This document shows, in pieces, positions 30,580 through 39,341 of a DNA stretch of 64,000 bases. The notes below the pieces were generated by a model, which was given only the letters and a program-made list of their open reading frames with translations, was not told the origin of the DNA and ran no database searches. Made by a program: the position numbers and the translations under genes. The DNA is from Dehalococcoidales bacterium (lineage in GTDB: Bacteria; Chloroflexota; Dehalococcoidia; Dehalococcoidales; RBG-16-60-22). Position 1 is the stretch's first letter; every line of letters begins with the position of its first letter. Location: positions 66,223 through 130,222 of the forward strand of contig DAOUMS010000002.1 of assembly GCA_034409565.1 (NCBI GenBank). Direction: 5' to 3'.

Positions 30580-30699
30580 ATGCCTAAAAAGAAAAAGACT
30601 GCCAGAGATATGACAACTGAGGAACTAGCGAAGAAAGTTTTCCCCAAAAAAGTAAGGGATAAACTAAAGAAAGTAGCCCATGAAAAAGACTCAAAATAG
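30580..30699 (+). CDS. Possible 39-aa Lys-rich peptide divergent from the transposase
   Basis: ATG 30580 lies 6 nt after GGAGG of the palindrome GGAGGCCTCC. The product is MPKKKKTARDMTTEELAKKVFPKKVRDKLKKVAHEKDSK. Confidence 0.25.
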   Translation: MPKKKKTARDMTTEELAKKVFPKKVRDKLKKVAHEKDSK

Positions 30700-30814
30700 C
30701 TATAATTCAGCTTCATATTGGGATTATAGCACAGAATTTAATCCGTGTCAAGTATATAATCCCGAAATATTCATTATAGTGTGTAGCTCGAAAAATGCAA
30801 AGTGAATTACCACG

Positions 30815-30943
30815 TAAGCAGTTTGTTAAGCAAAGGCCGAGTATACTGAGTAGCTGAAAGGAGAGCCATAAAAAATGAGGAAAATTAGCCTCAAAAATGG
30901 TGAGCCGCGGAGGACTCGAACCTCCAACCGGCTGATTAAGAGT
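30815..30943 (-). repeat. Direct repeat copy 1 (att-like): tRNA-Lys 3-prime half plus 83 bp of 3-prime flank
   Basis: Identical to 41504-41633 apart from one 1-nt indel (caaag-gccgag versus caaagtgccgag). Confidence 0.9.
30898..30943 (-). pseudogene. Truncated tRNA-Lys(CTT): anticodon loop to CCA only
   Basis: The reverse complement reads ACTCTTAATCAGCCGGTTGGAGGTTCGAGTCCTCCGCGGCTCACCA. The 5-prime half is absent. Confidence 0.88.
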
Positions 30944-31059
30944 TGATTTTCCCAAACAAGTACGACAGATTATTGCGCCATGCAGGATAAAAGGTAGAAC
31001 TAAAACCTTCTCTAAGACCTTTGCGTTAGTATATTAAAGTTCGAGTCCCCTTAGCTGGT

Positions 31060-33060
31060 TCATTTATCAATATCAGCTATAACAGGCAGGTGGTCGGAGG
31101 CATTGCTTGTAGGTACAAGAACACTGCTCACTCCCAAGTCAGAGGTTATCCAGATATAATCAATGCGCCTTTCAGGATTATCTGATGTAGAGGTATATGC
31201 TGGAGTAACTCCTGCTGCAACTGCGGCATCTGAAAATCCACCCTGCCGCAGCATTTCCATCTCAGGGTCATCCGGATCTGCATTCAAATCTCCCAGTAGT
31301 ACTGTATGGGCAGTGTTGTCCCAGAAGTCAAGGATAGTTTCAGCCTGAAGTTGACGAATATCGGTATCTTCTTCAATGTGGTGGAGGTGGGTAGCGATAA
31401 TGTGCAGTTTCGTTCCGTTGCCCACATTTACTGTTGCCGCGATGAAGCTTCGTAATAAAGGCTGATCGCGTGGTGGCAGTTCGTGATAAGTATATTCCGT
31501 AACAGGATATCGGCTCATGATAGCATTACCCCAGAGTGGTCCTGTCGCTGGCCCAAAAACGTAGGGCATGTGCAGTCGCTGGGAAAGCCACGTCAGCATA
31601 TCTAGTCGGCCATTAATGACCCAACCCCTTGACACTTCCTGCAGGGCTACGATGTCGGCTTCGCTTTTCTCAATCACTTGAGCTATGGCCTCCATACCAA
31701 GGTAGCCATCTGTGTTAAAACCGTTGTGTAGGTTGTAAGTCATAATTCGTACTGGTAATACTTCACCTGTGCCTGCCGCAGGTGTCCGCCAGGTAATTAA
31801 AGCTAACAGGGGAAATATCAACAGAATTAGCGTTGCCAATGAAAATGCCCACGCCCTATGACTTACAGGCATCTTTCGTTGTGGAGCGATTGATGTTCCT
31901 AAGGCACAGAACACTATGATACCGGCTGCAACAGGTTCCAAGATGGTATTGGAGTAAGGAAGGCTGATATCATAGACAGCGTAATATCCAAAAACAAGCA
32001 CGAGGAAAAGAATCATACCGATGCCATTAGGTACCAAGATGCTGGTCTTTGCCGCTTTTTCCGAATCCCCGGCAACACCGATTATGATAACAGCTATGAG
32101 TATTGATAATAGTATCTGTCCCACCAATAAGAGTGTCGCTGTTAACACAGCTGCTTGATAGTAAGGCAAAATCAAGACGATAATTAAACCTATGCCAGAG
32201 ACTGAAGCCCACGGCCATATGGAACGCCTTATTTGGCTAAAGAAAAATACGACAGCCCCCAGACCCGCCAAGTGTGCGAAAACTGTCCATCCATAAGCCG
32301 CGGGCAGTATCCAGCCGGTTGAGGTTGCCAGTTTGGCGATGTTCTGGAAGATTTCTAACTCTAAGAACAGGAAAGGGCCGATGGCCAGCCAGGTAAAAGA
32401 CCTCAACTTGGAGATATTGCCGGCAGTACTGGCCGATGCCGCTGCGTTGGCCCTACCTTCAAGAATACCACCGAGCCCTATCCATTGAACTAATACCAGA
32501 AGTAATGTTATGAATATGGGTAGCCAACCCGTCTGCCAGATTATATCATAAGTACCGAAAACACCGTACAGCGTGGTGTCTAATGTTAACCCCAGCAGTA
32601 AACCAATAGCGAAATGAGGTACGTCATTTACTCTATGGCGTCGTGCCGTCTCAAGATAAGTTGATAGGAAAATGGCGAACAACGATGTTCCCAGCATCGC
32701 CAAAATCAAATTAAATAATGGCTCACCCCACCAAATTTGCAGTAAAAACCGAAATAGCCCAAGGCCACCTGCCGTAACCACAATAATAAGATAACCGCTC
32801 ATCAGCCGGAGGAGAGGGATCGCTATGAAAGCAGTGAGAAAGACAACCAGCCCCACCGCTCCAAGTTCTTCTGCACCCCAGCCCATCCGATTCCCGAGTA
32901 CCCAGTTCAGACCGGGCAACAACACCCTGAATGTCTGCATACCGAAAAGGACTGTCAGAGCTACCACGGCCACATTGGTGAATGCGAAATGTGCTGATAG
33001 CCATCTTGTTACCGAGAGTATTAAGCCTTTTCCAGTCGTACAATCAGACCCGTGGCGCAT
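31060..33060 (-). CDS. Polytopic membrane protein with C-terminal endonuclease/exonuclease/phosphatase (EEP) domain
   Basis: About 420 aa with at least 10 hydrophobic helices, followed by the EEP motifs MTYNLHNG, DIVALQEV, LLGDLNADP, RIDYIW and SDHLPVIADI. Confidence 0.8.
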   Translation of the reverse strand: MRHGSDCTTGKGLILSVTRWLSAHFAFTNVAVVALTVLFGMQTFRVLLPGLNWVLGNRMGWGAEELGAVGLVVFLTAFIAIPLLRLMSGYLIIVVTAGGLGLFRFLLQIWWGEPLFNLILAMLGTSLFAIFLSTYLETARRHRVNDVPHFAIGLLLGLTLDTTLYGVFGTYDIIWQTGWLPIFITLLLVLVQWIGLGGILEGRANAAASASTAGNISKLRSFTWLAIGPFLFLELEIFQNIAKLATSTGWILPAAYGWTVFAHLAGLGAVVFFFSQIRRSIWPWASVSGIGLIIVLILPYYQAAVLTATLLLVGQILLSILIAVIIIGVAGDSEKAAKTSILVPNGIGMILFLVLVFGYYAVYDISLPYSNTILEPVAAGIIVFCALGTSIAPQRKMPVSHRAWAFSLATLILLIFPLLALITWRTPAAGTGEVLPVRIMTYNLHNGFNTDGYLGMEAIAQVIEKSEADIVALQEVSRGWVINGRLDMLTWLSQRLHMPYVFGPATGPLWGNAIMSRYPVTEYTYHELPPRDQPLLRSFIAATVNVGNGTKLHIIATHLHHIEEDTDIRQLQAETILDFWDNTAHTVLLGDLNADPDDPEMEMLRQGGFSDAAVAAGVTPAYTSTSDNPERRIDYIWITSDLGVSSVLVPTSNASDHLPVIADIDK

Positions 33061-33121
33061 TTCTCTTCACCACACCTATTCTCGTTGTTCATTTAAGACG
33101 TATTGCGTAAAAAGTAAGTGA

Positions 33122-33149
33122 ATTATAATCATTTTAGTGCAAATGTCAA
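33122..33149 (-). promoter_or_regulatory. Near-consensus sigma70-type promoter TTGACA-N16-TATAAT for the EEP gene
   Basis: On the minus strand the -35 is at 33149-33144 and the -10 at 33127-33122, about 60 nt upstream of start codon 33060. Confidence 0.45.
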
Positions 33150-33170
33150 TACTGGGGCTTCGCAAACAAT

Positions 33171-34097
33171 TCAAATGACCAGGTTTAACGTGGCCGGGAG
33201 CACTTGAAAATGGACAGGTGCCTCTCCCAGAAGCTCACCGTCAGCTTGTAGAGATGTCTGTTGTACGGCTTGAATATATACGTCTCTTACTTTCTTCAAC
33301 GTGACTTTGGGATGCGTCAAATGTGTACCTCTGTAGATTCGGGGTAAAGACCGAAAGAGGTCAGGTTTGCTCAACTCGTCTATTATCAGGACATCAAGAA
33401 AACCGTCTGTAGGATCAGCGTGGGGAGCAACCAGCATACTGCCTCCCCCATACTTCCCGTTGCTTACCAGAATCGTACAGACCTTCCTGTCCTCTGTTTT
33501 GCCGTCAACTCTTAGAGATACCTGCCTGCTATGATACAAAAGGAAGGTGGTGAGTAATCCAGCAAGGTAAGACGGCTTACCGCCCAAGGCTTTGAATCTT
33601 CGTGTGGTAGCCTTAACTACTTCAGCATCAAATCCTAAGCCGGCAAAGTTGACAAAGAGCCGCTTTATCTTTTGTTCGTTACTTGCATACTCCGCCACAC
33701 CAACATCTACTACCAGCTTTCGCGGATTCATAAGACGCTGGCAAGCTTCCTTAAAATGACAAGGTAAGCCAAGGCTGCGAATGTAATCCGAACCTGTTCC
33801 GGTGCTTATGATGCCCAGCATTACATCTTTAATGCCGCCAGACTTATATAGACCGTTCACGATTTCATTTATTGTCCCATCACCGCCTACCGACACCACC
33901 AACTCGTACCCCTTCTCAACCGCTGATCTAGCCAGCTCAGTGGCATGTCCAGGTGATTCTGTTAACTCGTGTTCAAATGACAGGCCAATTTTATTTAGCC
34001 AGTTGCTAATCTGCGGCCATTTCTTTGCCGCCCTACCCGCACCAGCCGCTGGGTTAACGATCACTCTTGCATGTGACAAACGTTTTAATCTCTCCAT
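33171..34097 (-). CDS. Diacylglycerol-kinase-family lipid kinase (YegS/DgkB-like)
   Basis: ARVIVNPAAGAG, the canonical GGDGTINEIVNGL, and GTGSDYIRSLGLP. Confidence 0.85.
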   Translation of the reverse strand: MERLKRLSHARVIVNPAAGAGRAAKKWPQISNWLNKIGLSFEHELTESPGHATELARSAVEKGYELVVSVGGDGTINEIVNGLYKSGGIKDVMLGIISTGTGSDYIRSLGLPCHFKEACQRLMNPRKLVVDVGVAEYASNEQKIKRLFVNFAGLGFDAEVVKATTRRFKALGGKPSYLAGLLTTFLLYHSRQVSLRVDGKTEDRKVCTILVSNGKYGGGSMLVAPHADPTDGFLDVLIIDELSKPDLFRSLPRIYRGTHLTHPKVTLKKVRDVYIQAVQQTSLQADGELLGEAPVHFQVLPATLNLVI

Positions 34098-34531
34098 GGC
34101 AGGCTCTCCGTGTCTATCTGGCGACCAATCTCCCTTGCTCTAGCTTTATGTCGGTTAATTAGGATTACATGCCAGTCACTGTAACAATAGATACCCTGAA
34201 AAATTAAACCGCCGAGCAATCCATAGGTTATAGTAGACGTTAAAATGTATATCCCGGTTATTGCGCTGAGACCTATCAGACATAAAGAGCACAGCCAATG
34301 GTGCAGATGAAGCCCCCACTTTCTAAAGGGAATAACGAGTGACCTTACTTTACCTGGTTCTCCTGCTGATTTACCTGCCGCATACTTAGATGTCAGAAAA
34401 CCTGTAAGCCAGCATAAGAAAAAGATATAGCCAAGCATAATAGTAGCAACTATCGTTAAAAGGATGGCGACCAGCTTTTTTATATGCAACCAGTGTCGTA
34501 TATGGCCAACGATATTGCGTGTTTTATTCAT
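34085..34531 (-). CDS. Hypothetical membrane protein (about 148 aa, 3-4 TM)
   Basis: I set the start to ATG 34531 (MNKTRN), 7 nt after the glpD-like stop. Its 3-prime end overlaps the lipid-kinase start by 13 nt. Confidence 0.5.
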   Translation of the reverse strand: MNKTRNIVGHIRHWLHIKKLVAILLTIVATIMLGYIFFLCWLTGFLTSKYAAGKSAGEPGKVRSLVIPFRKWGLHLHHWLCSLCLIGLSAITGIYILTSTITYGLLGGLIFQGIYCYSDWHVILINRHKARAREIGRQIDTESLPWRD

Positions 34532-34538
34532 AATGAAC

Positions 34539-36203
34539 TCACCGAATACATATAACTTGCTCCGGTAATGTGTGGGAGCACTCGAGATACTCCTGATAAT
34601 GCCGATACTGCTCTGCAAACTCCTCCTCACTCATACCCAGCTCGTAGCGTATCATCCGTGCTCCGTACCGGAGGCGCTCCAATCGTGTTTCATTGTTCCA
34701 GTGCAGAAAGCCAGCACGCCGCTCAACTAAGTCTTCCAATGTACAAGCCATTTCATTGCGGCAAACATATCGGATTTCAGCGCGGATCAAATCGGCTCTT
34801 GAGTCTATGTGCTCACTGATGAAGGTTTTCTTTGCTTCAGCACAAATGGTATTGGCGTCAACACCGTAGCGCTGATAAAGGGGTTGGAAATATCTGGCTA
34901 GCTGTGGGCATCGCTGTACCCAGTAGGCAAGCCCCTCGACAACCTCCTCGTTGGCGCCCCCAATGGGGAGCTTGTGTGTCAGGCACGGTGACCACACGCC
35001 CGCGTGATTCATAGTTTTGGTAACGCAGTCGAGAATCCTGATTGCTATAAGCCTCGCCGTGGTTAGCTTACCACCAACCACAGTAATCAGGCCCGATGGC
35101 GCCACTTCAATAACATCTTCACGGCTCACCAATGACGGATCGGGGTTTTGGCCGTTTGTCGAAAGAAGCGGCCTGAAGCCACTGTAGGCAAATCGAACTT
35201 TATCGCCATCCAGTTGTGCGTTTGGCATAAATTGCCGCAGAGACTCCAGCAAATACCCCACATCCTGTTGGCCTGGCGCTGGGGTGCTTGGCTCTGCGTC
35301 TTCCCAATCGTCCGTGGTGCCGTAGAGAAAACAGCCTTCCCGCTTGATTAGGAAAAGCGGTCGTCTATCAACCGGAGACAGGAAAATTATGCTAACCGCA
35401 AGCGGTACATCCCCTTCGGCGAGAACCAGGTGTGTTCCCTTGGACAGTCTCACCAGATTGGTCACGCCGGGTCGGTCTAAATTCCTGACCCTGTCCGCCC
35501 AGACTCCGGTAGCATTGACTACTGCCCTGGCTCGGGCTTCATACGAGGCGCCACTTACCCGGTCGTGGTAAGTCACCCCAACAATTTTGTTGTTCTCTTT
35601 CAAGAGCGCAGTGACCGGTGCGTGATTGATGGCCAATCCGCCGTTCCGCACACCATCCTTCACAGTTTCCAAGGTCCATCGGTTGTCGTTCACAATTGCA
35701 TCGTAATAGAGGCATCCGCCGCTCAGGTCCTCTACGGGAAGACTTGGCGCCATTCCCAGTGTTTCTTGGCGACTGAGAAATCGGTGAAAGCGGTGATTTT
35801 TGAAGCCGGACATCACTTCGTAGAGCAGCATGCCCAAGCGTACTTTAGCGCGAGATTCGCCTTGGCCGCGATACAGAGGTAATAGAAAAGGCCATGGCTG
35901 AACAAGGCGCCTGTTCAACCGAATGTGAAGGTTGCGCTCGTGGCAGGACTCCCAGGCCAGCCGAAAGCCCCGGTTCTTTAAGTACCTGAGTCCTCCGTGG
36001 AAGAGCTTGGAACTGCGGCCACTCGTGCCCGCAGCAAAATCATTTGCTTCAATAAGTGCCACGCGCATCCCTCGGAGAGCCGCATCACGAAAGATTGACG
36101 CCCCAATAATTCCGCCGCCAATAATCAGGAGATCAAGCTGCTCACCAGACAGCCTCTGGAACAGTTGTGGACGAGACCATTTATTGAATAGTTCCAGTCC
36201 CAT
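34539..36203 (-). CDS. glpD: FAD-dependent glycerol-3-phosphate dehydrogenase/oxidase-like
   Basis: DLLIIGGGIIGASI FAD fingerprint, AAGTSGRSSKLFHGGLRYL, and a long C-terminal domain. The start overlaps the upstream stop (TAATG). Confidence 0.8.
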   Translation of the reverse strand: MGLELFNKWSRPQLFQRLSGEQLDLLIIGGGIIGASIFRDAALRGMRVALIEANDFAAGTSGRSSKLFHGGLRYLKNRGFRLAWESCHERNLHIRLNRRLVQPWPFLLPLYRGQGESRAKVRLGMLLYEVMSGFKNHRFHRFLSRQETLGMAPSLPVEDLSGGCLYYDAIVNDNRWTLETVKDGVRNGGLAINHAPVTALLKENNKIVGVTYHDRVSGASYEARARAVVNATGVWADRVRNLDRPGVTNLVRLSKGTHLVLAEGDVPLAVSIIFLSPVDRRPLFLIKREGCFLYGTTDDWEDAEPSTPAPGQQDVGYLLESLRQFMPNAQLDGDKVRFAYSGFRPLLSTNGQNPDPSLVSREDVIEVAPSGLITVVGGKLTTARLIAIRILDCVTKTMNHAGVWSPCLTHKLPIGGANEEVVEGLAYWVQRCPQLARYFQPLYQRYGVDANTICAEAKKTFISEHIDSRADLIRAEIRYVCRNEMACTLEDLVERRAGFLHWNNETRLERLRYGARMIRYELGMSEEEFAEQYRHYQEYLECSHTLPEQVICIR

Positions 36204-37993
36204 TAGCCCTTTACTCCGGCAAAAAATGCGCTGGTGTTTACAACAACATTGCTAATACCTTCCCGCTTCCTTGGTGAGAATATCATCACGTGGTTGATTT
36301 CATCGCGACCGGACTCGACCTGGGCACCGGTTCCATCAAATCCGCAGTAGTCCATTGTCACCCTGTATAAAGCGGGAGTGTAGTAACTTGCCTTGTAGCC
36401 GACGTATCGACCGGACAGCGCATAGAACTCTGGTGCAAAACAGTCTGAGACGAGGACACCGTCACCACGAATGTTTTGGTAAACCCATTTCAAGTGACCT
36501 ACTACCTCGGGTTTAGGCAACCAACCGGACAAGCCCACAAATAGAACCAGATCGTACGGGGCAGCCTCTGCAAACTTCGCGCGCATCCCATCGTCTGTAA
36601 TGTCGCCCCGCAGGAACTGAAAACGGATACCGAGATGCTCGGCTCGTGCAATCAGTTCGTTTTCCAGGTAGCTGTGCGGGTCCAGGTCAGCGGCGACCAG
36701 TCGAACGCACCTCATAGCCTTTGGCATACGATTAGCAATAGCGTTCAGTGGCTGAAACAAATCATAGGCAAACCCACTCGGGGCGGTAAAAATACTGACA
36801 TCCCGGCCTTCTTGCAGCCGTTCCTCCAGCTCAGCCTCAATTCTTCCAGTCAGGATGTGCAATCGGTCGTACACCGCCCGGTGTAGTGGATATTCGAGGA
36901 ATATGCGATCCAGAAAGTTGCAGCGCTGCTCGCCTTGGTCGTAAATCGCCCGCATGACCCCGGCAGAGTACCCCTCCTTCAGGAGAAGGCGTCCAAGCCC
37001 TGAGAACATAAAGGTCGGCTCCCGCCATGCACCTCGGAACCAGTTTGGCATCAGATAGCGTACCAAGTAGCGATGATTAAGCAGCTTGCGCCATACGACG
37101 CTCCGGGTCAACTCCGCGGTGGGCGTTCCCAGTGGGACCCTCTCTGCCATCTCCTGACGTTGGTGGGCCAATATGTGAGGCTTGAGTAGTTCAAGTACTG
37201 CCTGCAAGGTTTCTCCCGGTGTCATGTTATCCACAGCCAAGCAGTGCGCTACCTCCGGCGAACGATACAGCCTAAAAGCGTCAAGAGTCTTCAGGTACTT
37301 GTGCCTCGCCTGAGCCAAGTCGTCCTCATTTTCATGTCGGTCAATCTTTTGACTCCGTGAAGTGATGCGGGTCATGGCAAGGGCTGGTGATAGGTCGAGA
37401 AAGATTACAACGTCCGGTAGCCATCCGGCATGAAGACCAAAGCGTTTTGCTAAGCGTAAGAGCATTCGCGCCTTTCTGATATGGGGCAGCTTGGCTTGAA
37501 TCCTTTTGGTAATAGACTCCCCGTTAAGGAGATATTCAAAGACTGCCTTTAGTTCAGTAGGATCGGGTTCTTGCACGCCAACATTAGCTTTTTCACTGGC
37601 AGGGTGTGTATAGTTTGCTGCTCGTCCCGCAGCAGACAGGAGGATATTGCCGTCGCTGATGACCACATCAGCACCGTATCGTCGACTCAATCTGTAAGCG
37701 GCGTCGTCCTGAAAGACCATCTGGGCCAGCTTGAAGAACGGGTAAAGACGGCGGTTATCTACAACACGCTTGGCCTGACACTTGAACCACTTAGACAGAT
37801 GGCAGGTGGTCGGCAGGCCATTCGGATGAAACCCGGGTGCCAGATGGTCCTCATCAGCTTCAACAATCCGGAAGACTTCACTAGCCGAACCTGCCCGCAA
37901 GTTCAGCTCAGCGGCAAGGATATTGGGCAAGGCTGCGGTGATTGTGCTCTTGCCACTCCCATCGATTCCTAACACGCAAATATGTAAGGTCAT
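36203..37993 (-). CDS. Fusion protein: N-terminal P-loop (thymidylate/NMP-kinase-like) domain plus C-terminal class-I SAM-methyltransferase-like domain
   Basis: Walker A VLGIDGSGKST lies at the N-terminus. The C-terminus shows VAADLD, GDITDD, YDLVLFVGLSGWL and GDGVLV. I set the start to ATG 37993 (MTLHICV), which overlaps the upstream stop as ATGA. Confidence 0.55.
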   Translation of the reverse strand: MTLHICVLGIDGSGKSTITAALPNILAAELNLRAGSASEVFRIVEADEDHLAPGFHPNGLPTTCHLSKWFKCQAKRVVDNRRLYPFFKLAQMVFQDDAAYRLSRRYGADVVISDGNILLSAAGRAANYTHPASEKANVGVQEPDPTELKAVFEYLLNGESITKRIQAKLPHIRKARMLLRLAKRFGLHAGWLPDVVIFLDLSPALAMTRITSRSQKIDRHENEDDLAQARHKYLKTLDAFRLYRSPEVAHCLAVDNMTPGETLQAVLELLKPHILAHQRQEMAERVPLGTPTAELTRSVVWRKLLNHRYLVRYLMPNWFRGAWREPTFMFSGLGRLLLKEGYSAGVMRAIYDQGEQRCNFLDRIFLEYPLHRAVYDRLHILTGRIEAELEERLQEGRDVSIFTAPSGFAYDLFQPLNAIANRMPKAMRCVRLVAADLDPHSYLENELIARAEHLGIRFQFLRGDITDDGMRAKFAEAAPYDLVLFVGLSGWLPKPEVVGHLKWVYQNIRGDGVLVSDCFAPEFYALSGRYVGYKASYYTPALYRVTMDYCGFDGTGAQVESGRDEINHVMIFSPRKREGISNVVVNTSAFFAGVKG

Positions 37994-39105
37994 GGCTTGC
38001 CCCCTTTCCCCTGTGGCCACCGGTAGTCCTGGCCGGGCACAAAGGCCAGTGTCCCCGCGACTTGAATTAGCACTCTGCTGTGGAAAACCAGTGGGTCCTC
38101 ATCAAGGAAGAATTCCACACCGTCCCGATCCGCCAAACGAACCTCCAGGCAATTAGAATCCATAATCCGCATTTGTAATGCGTTTTTCGCAAGGCGGTGA
38201 CGAGAAAACAGCAGAAAGAGTGGCGCCCATCTTTGCGGATATGAAATAAAGTTCAGTGACAGTGCCGCATCTTCCACGCGAACTCCCGGTTGAAAGGGCA
38301 GCGGCTTTAATGGAAAGTTCATGACCACACCGGCGAGCAGAGGCATAGATTGGACATGTTCTCCCATACGCATTTCCACGACCTCAACAGCATTCGGCCA
38401 CAAAGTACACCGCGCGAGCCGGATGAGGAGTGAGAAGCCATACTCTATATTGTTGAGCCTCTCAATGCCAATAAGCCGTGCCGTCAGCCTGCGCAGTACC
38501 GGCAGCCGATGATGCCAGCGCTCTAGGTCTCCAGGAGAGCGACCGAACTGCCCGAACCCGACCATAGTTGCGGCATAATGGATATCTGTATTATCCACCT
38601 CACAGCACATAACACAGCAGCGGGCAGTACGATCCTCATGCAAATTAGCAATGATTCCCTTCAGTGCAACCTCCGGAACGTATGGCACACCGAATTGCTT
38701 AGCTACAGGATTTCCTGAACCCATCCGTAGCGCCGCAATACGAACGCGCTCTCGCCCGGGCAAATGGTCTGGCTCACTTCCAACACAGATACCCTCAATG
38801 ACTGCCCGCAGTGTCCCGCTACCACCGCCAGCAATGACTAATGCCGGCGCATCAGATGTTGCCAGAAATGCCTTCGTCTGTTCCCTCGCCTGTGAGTGGT
38901 CGTCCACGACCTCAACTCTGATTTCCACCTTATGGCCAAGGGCTTCATCCAGCACCGAACGGAGACGGTCTACAGTTGCATTCCCGTGACCTGTAGACGA
39001 TGAACGATTGACGACCAATAGAACACGCTCTACTACTTTTATTGAATCTGCCATCATTTCACTATTGTTGAGGTCTGTAAAGCTCTGTTGCGTATACATA
39101 CTCAT
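37990..39105 (-). CDS. Divergent DAGK-catalytic-fold (ATP-NAD kinase-like) protein
   Basis: RVLLVVNRSSSTGHG, ALVIAGGGSGTLRAVIEGI (GGGSGT in place of GGDGT) and RMGSGNPVAKQFGVP (in place of GTGNDFAR). Confidence 0.55.
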   Translation of the reverse strand: MSMYTQQSFTDLNNSEMMADSIKVVERVLLVVNRSSSTGHGNATVDRLRSVLDEALGHKVEIRVEVVDDHSQAREQTKAFLATSDAPALVIAGGGSGTLRAVIEGICVGSEPDHLPGRERVRIAALRMGSGNPVAKQFGVPYVPEVALKGIIANLHEDRTARCCVMCCEVDNTDIHYAATMVGFGQFGRSPGDLERWHHRLPVLRRLTARLIGIERLNNIEYGFSLLIRLARCTLWPNAVEVVEMRMGEHVQSMPLLAGVVMNFPLKPLPFQPGVRVEDAALSLNFISYPQRWAPLFLLFSRHRLAKNALQMRIMDSNCLEVRLADRDGVEFFLDEDPLVFHSRVLIQVAGTLAFVPGQDYRWPQGKGGKP

Positions 39106-39156
39106 AATATAGGCCAGGAGATGCCGATTGAGTATCGGTATGTGTCTGATTTTTAC

Positions 39157-39196
39157 GTAGGACTTTGACTCAGCTTTTTGACAGCATTTGTCCTAC
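39157..39196. promoter_or_regulatory. Inverted repeat GTAGGAC-N26-GTCCTAC enclosing two TTTGAC direct repeats; candidate response-regulator operator
   Basis: Read directly from the 236-bp spacer between the LuxR-type regulator stop and the kinase operon start. Confidence 0.3.
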
Positions 39197-39341
39197 AAAG
39201 AAAGTGACGGATTCAAGTGGTAGGCTTGTTAGACTCAATCAGAGAACGGCAGGAGGAAATGCGGAATAGCGACTACTCAGGTTCAATACAAGAGGTCAAG
39301 ATAAATAGTTGGTAGCCGATGTGGTTTTATTCTATAGCTTT

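Noticed and set aside
29600-30760. An attempt to define the IS1595 element ends and target-site duplication.
   Set aside because: I could not find convincing terminal inverted repeats by eye. There is only a local hairpin, gggattata...tataatccc, at 30719-30764. The boundaries are therefore left undefined rather than guessed.
30713-30955. An 80-aa minus-strand ORF covering the left att-like repeat.
   Set aside because: It reads through the truncated tRNA-Lys and its flank, and the same sequence at 41.5 kb is non-coding. I see no SD. It is a by-product of the repeat.
31039-31058. T-loop-like motifs (GTTCGAGTCC or GTTCGAGACC) occur near both inner ends of the island (31039-31058 plus strand, 41399-41420 minus strand). 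A GGTTCAAATCC look-alike lies at 21332-21342.
   Set aside because: None has a complementary T-stem or an acceptor strand that pairs with nearby sequence. The shared core is only about 8-10 nt. I cannot distinguish them from chance, although the pair at the island ends could be rechecked as weak terminal inverted repeats.
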